A DNA stretch of 64,000 bases from assembly GCA_963841645.1 (NCBI GenBank), contig CAWJDS010000018.1, positions 68,881 to 132,880 of the forward strand. The letters run 5' to 3'. The notes under the pieces were generated by a model, which did no database searches, was not told the origin of the DNA, and saw only the letters and a list, made by a program, of their open reading frames with translations. Every line of letters starts with the position of its first letter. The first letter of the stretch is position 1. Position numbers and translations under genes: made by a program. Below, piece by piece: positions 62,530-64,000 of this stretch. This DNA comes from an uncultured Gammaproteobacteria bacterium. Lineage in GTDB: Bacteria; Pseudomonadota; Gammaproteobacteria; Steroidobacterales; Rariloculaceae.

Positions 62530-64000
62530 TCAGCCGAGCCGCTTGTACCGGATCCGGTGCGGCTGGTTCGCGTCCTCGCCCTTGCGCCGCTTCAGGTCGT
62601 CGGCGTAGTCGGCGTAGTTGCCCTGGAACCAGACCACCTCGCTGTCGCCCTCGAACGCGAGGATGTGCGTCGCGATGCGGTCGAGGAACCAGCGATCGTG
62701 CGAGATCACGATCGCGCAGCCCGGGAACGACAGCAGCGCGTCCTCGAGCGCGCGCAGCGTCTCGACGTCGAGGTCGTTGGTCGGCTCGTCGAGCATCAGC
62801 AGGTTGCCGCCCGAGCGCAGCACCTTCGCGAGATGCACGCGGTTGCGCTCGCCGCCCGAGAGCAGGCCGACCTTCTTCTGCTGATCGGCGCCGCGGAAGT
62901 TGAACCGGCCGACATAGCCGCGCGAAGGCGTCTCGTACGTGCCGACGCGCAGGATGTCCTGGCCGTCGCTGATCTCCTGCCAGACCGTTTTGTCGTTGTC
63001 GAGCGTGTCGCGGCTCTGATCGACGTACGCGAGCTGAACCGTGTTGCCGGTGCGGATCGTGCCGCTGTCCGGCTCGAGCTGGCCCGCGAGCATTCGGAAC
63101 AGCGTCGTCTTACCGGCGCCGTTCGGCCCGATCACGCCGACGATGCCGCCGGGCGGCAGCGAGAACGACACGTTCTCGAACAGCACGCGGTCGCCGTACG
63201 CCTTCGAGATTTTGTCCGTCTCGATCACGAGGTCGCCGAGCCGCGGGCCCGGCGGGATGTAGATCTCGTTCGTCTCGTTGCGCGCCTGGAATTCCTTCGA
63301 CGTGAGCTCCTCGAAGCGCGCGAGTCGCGCCTTCGCCTTCGCGCGCCGCGCGCCGGGATTCGTGCGCACCCACTCGAGCTCGGTCTTGATCGCGCGCTGC
63401 CGCGCGGCCTCCTGCTTCTCCTCGATCTCGAGCCGCTTTTCCTTCTGCTCGAGCCAGGAGCTGTAGTTGCCCTGCCACGGGATTCCATAGCCGCGGTCGA
63501 GCTCGAGGATCCAGCCCGCGACGTTGTCGAGGAAGTAGCGGTCGTGAGTCACCGCGATCACGGTGCCGCCGAAGTCCTTCAGGAACCGCTCGAGCCACGC
63601 GACGGATTCCGCGTCGAGATGGTTCGTCGGCTCGTCGAGCAGCAACATGTCGGGATTGCTGAGCAACAGACGGCATAGCGCAACGCGTCGCCGCTCGCCG
63701 CCCGAGAGCGCCGTGACGTTCGCGTCCCAGGGCGGCAGCCGCAGCGCGTCGGCCGCGATCTCGAGCTTGCGCTCGAGCTCCCAGCCGCCGACCGAGTCGA
63801 TCTTGTCCTGGAGCTTCCCTTGCTCCTCGAGCAGCTTCGTCATCTCGTCGTCGCCGAGCGGTTCGGCAAACTTGTCGCTGATCTCGTTGAAGCGCTGCAC
63901 GAGCCCGAGCAAATCGGCGACGCCTTCCTCGACGATCGCCCGCACGTTCTTCTGCGGATCGAGCGCGGGCTCCTGCGCGAGAAACCCGATCTTGATGCCC
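62530..64000 (-). CDS. ettA: energy-dependent translational throttle ABC-F protein, N-terminus beyond window edge
   Basis: Two ABC cassettes ([26 protein letters not shown]; [40 protein letters not shown]). EttA-type linker and C-terminus [14 protein letters not shown]. The frame stays open to position 64000. Confidence 0.93.
   Translation of the reverse strand, partial: GIKIGFLAQEPALDPQKNVRAIVEEGVADLLGLVQRFNEISDKFAEPLGDDEMTKLLEEQGKLQDKIDSVGGWELERKLEIAADALRLPPWDANVTALSGGERRRVALCRLLLSNPDMLLLDEPTNHLDAESVAWLERFLKDFGGTVIAVTHDRYFLDNVAGWILELDRGYGIPWQGNYSSWLEQKEKRLEIEEKQEAARQRAIKTELEWVRTNPGARRAKAKARLARFEELTSKEFQARNETNEIYIPPGPRLGDLVIETDKISKAYGDRVLFENVSFSLPPGGIVGVIGPNGAGKTTLFRMLAGQLEPDSGTIRTGNTVQLAYVDQSRDTLDNDKTVWQEISDGQDILRVGTYETPSRGYVGRFNFRGADQQKKVGLLSGGERNRVHLAKVLRSGGNLLMLDEPTNDLDVETLRALEDALLSFPGCAIVISHDRWFLDRIATHILAFEGDSEVVWFQGNYADYADDLKRRKGEDANQPHRIRYKRLG

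Overview
High-GC proteobacterial chromosomal segment. Hand-counted 60-nt lines give about 68-77% GC in most genes and about 60% in a few blocks. I call roughly 50 genes. By eye I found no rRNA, tRNA, CRISPR array, transposase or integrase.

Most of the window is housekeeping or envelope metabolism:
- Transport and outer membrane: dctA, an ABC importer, two TonB-dependent receptors, an OmpA-like protein.
- Biosynthesis: shc, a cysteine-synthase-family enzyme, uppP, bioD-bioF and bioA, phosphomannomutase, ilvI/ilvH, proB-proA, glpD-like.
- Other: lon, SYLF, a LemA-M48 pair, apbE, cytochrome P460, ettA.

Three things stand out.

(1) A cleanly delimited 12-kb, nine-gene + strand operon at 6019-17950. 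It combines two lipoproteins (one about 75% Gly/Ser/Ala), a Hanks-type Ser/Thr kinase, a membrane-anchored TPR protein and an FHA-TM-PEGA-FGE(SUMF1)-like protein. It also has a small secreted peptide, an Hsp70-fold-like protein ending in FHA, and two paralogous TM-coiled-coil-vWA proteins. It looks like a trans-envelope phosphothreonine sensing or signalling machine. I cannot match it to any named system. This is my best candidate for the undescribed system.

(2) An orphan 1285-aa protein at 50501-54358. Its predicted architecture is AAA/STAND-like NTPase, one TM helix, a proprotein-convertase P-domain and a WD40-like propeller.

(3) About 20 otherwise conserved genes, several of them normally essential, are interrupted by single-base frame breaks. 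All 28 junctions I could reconstruct are +1 shifts. This argues for a systematic insertion-type sequence error rather than real gene decay. Every coordinate and product call in the broken genes must be read with that in mind.

All domain calls come from reading motifs in the supplied translations. No searches were run.
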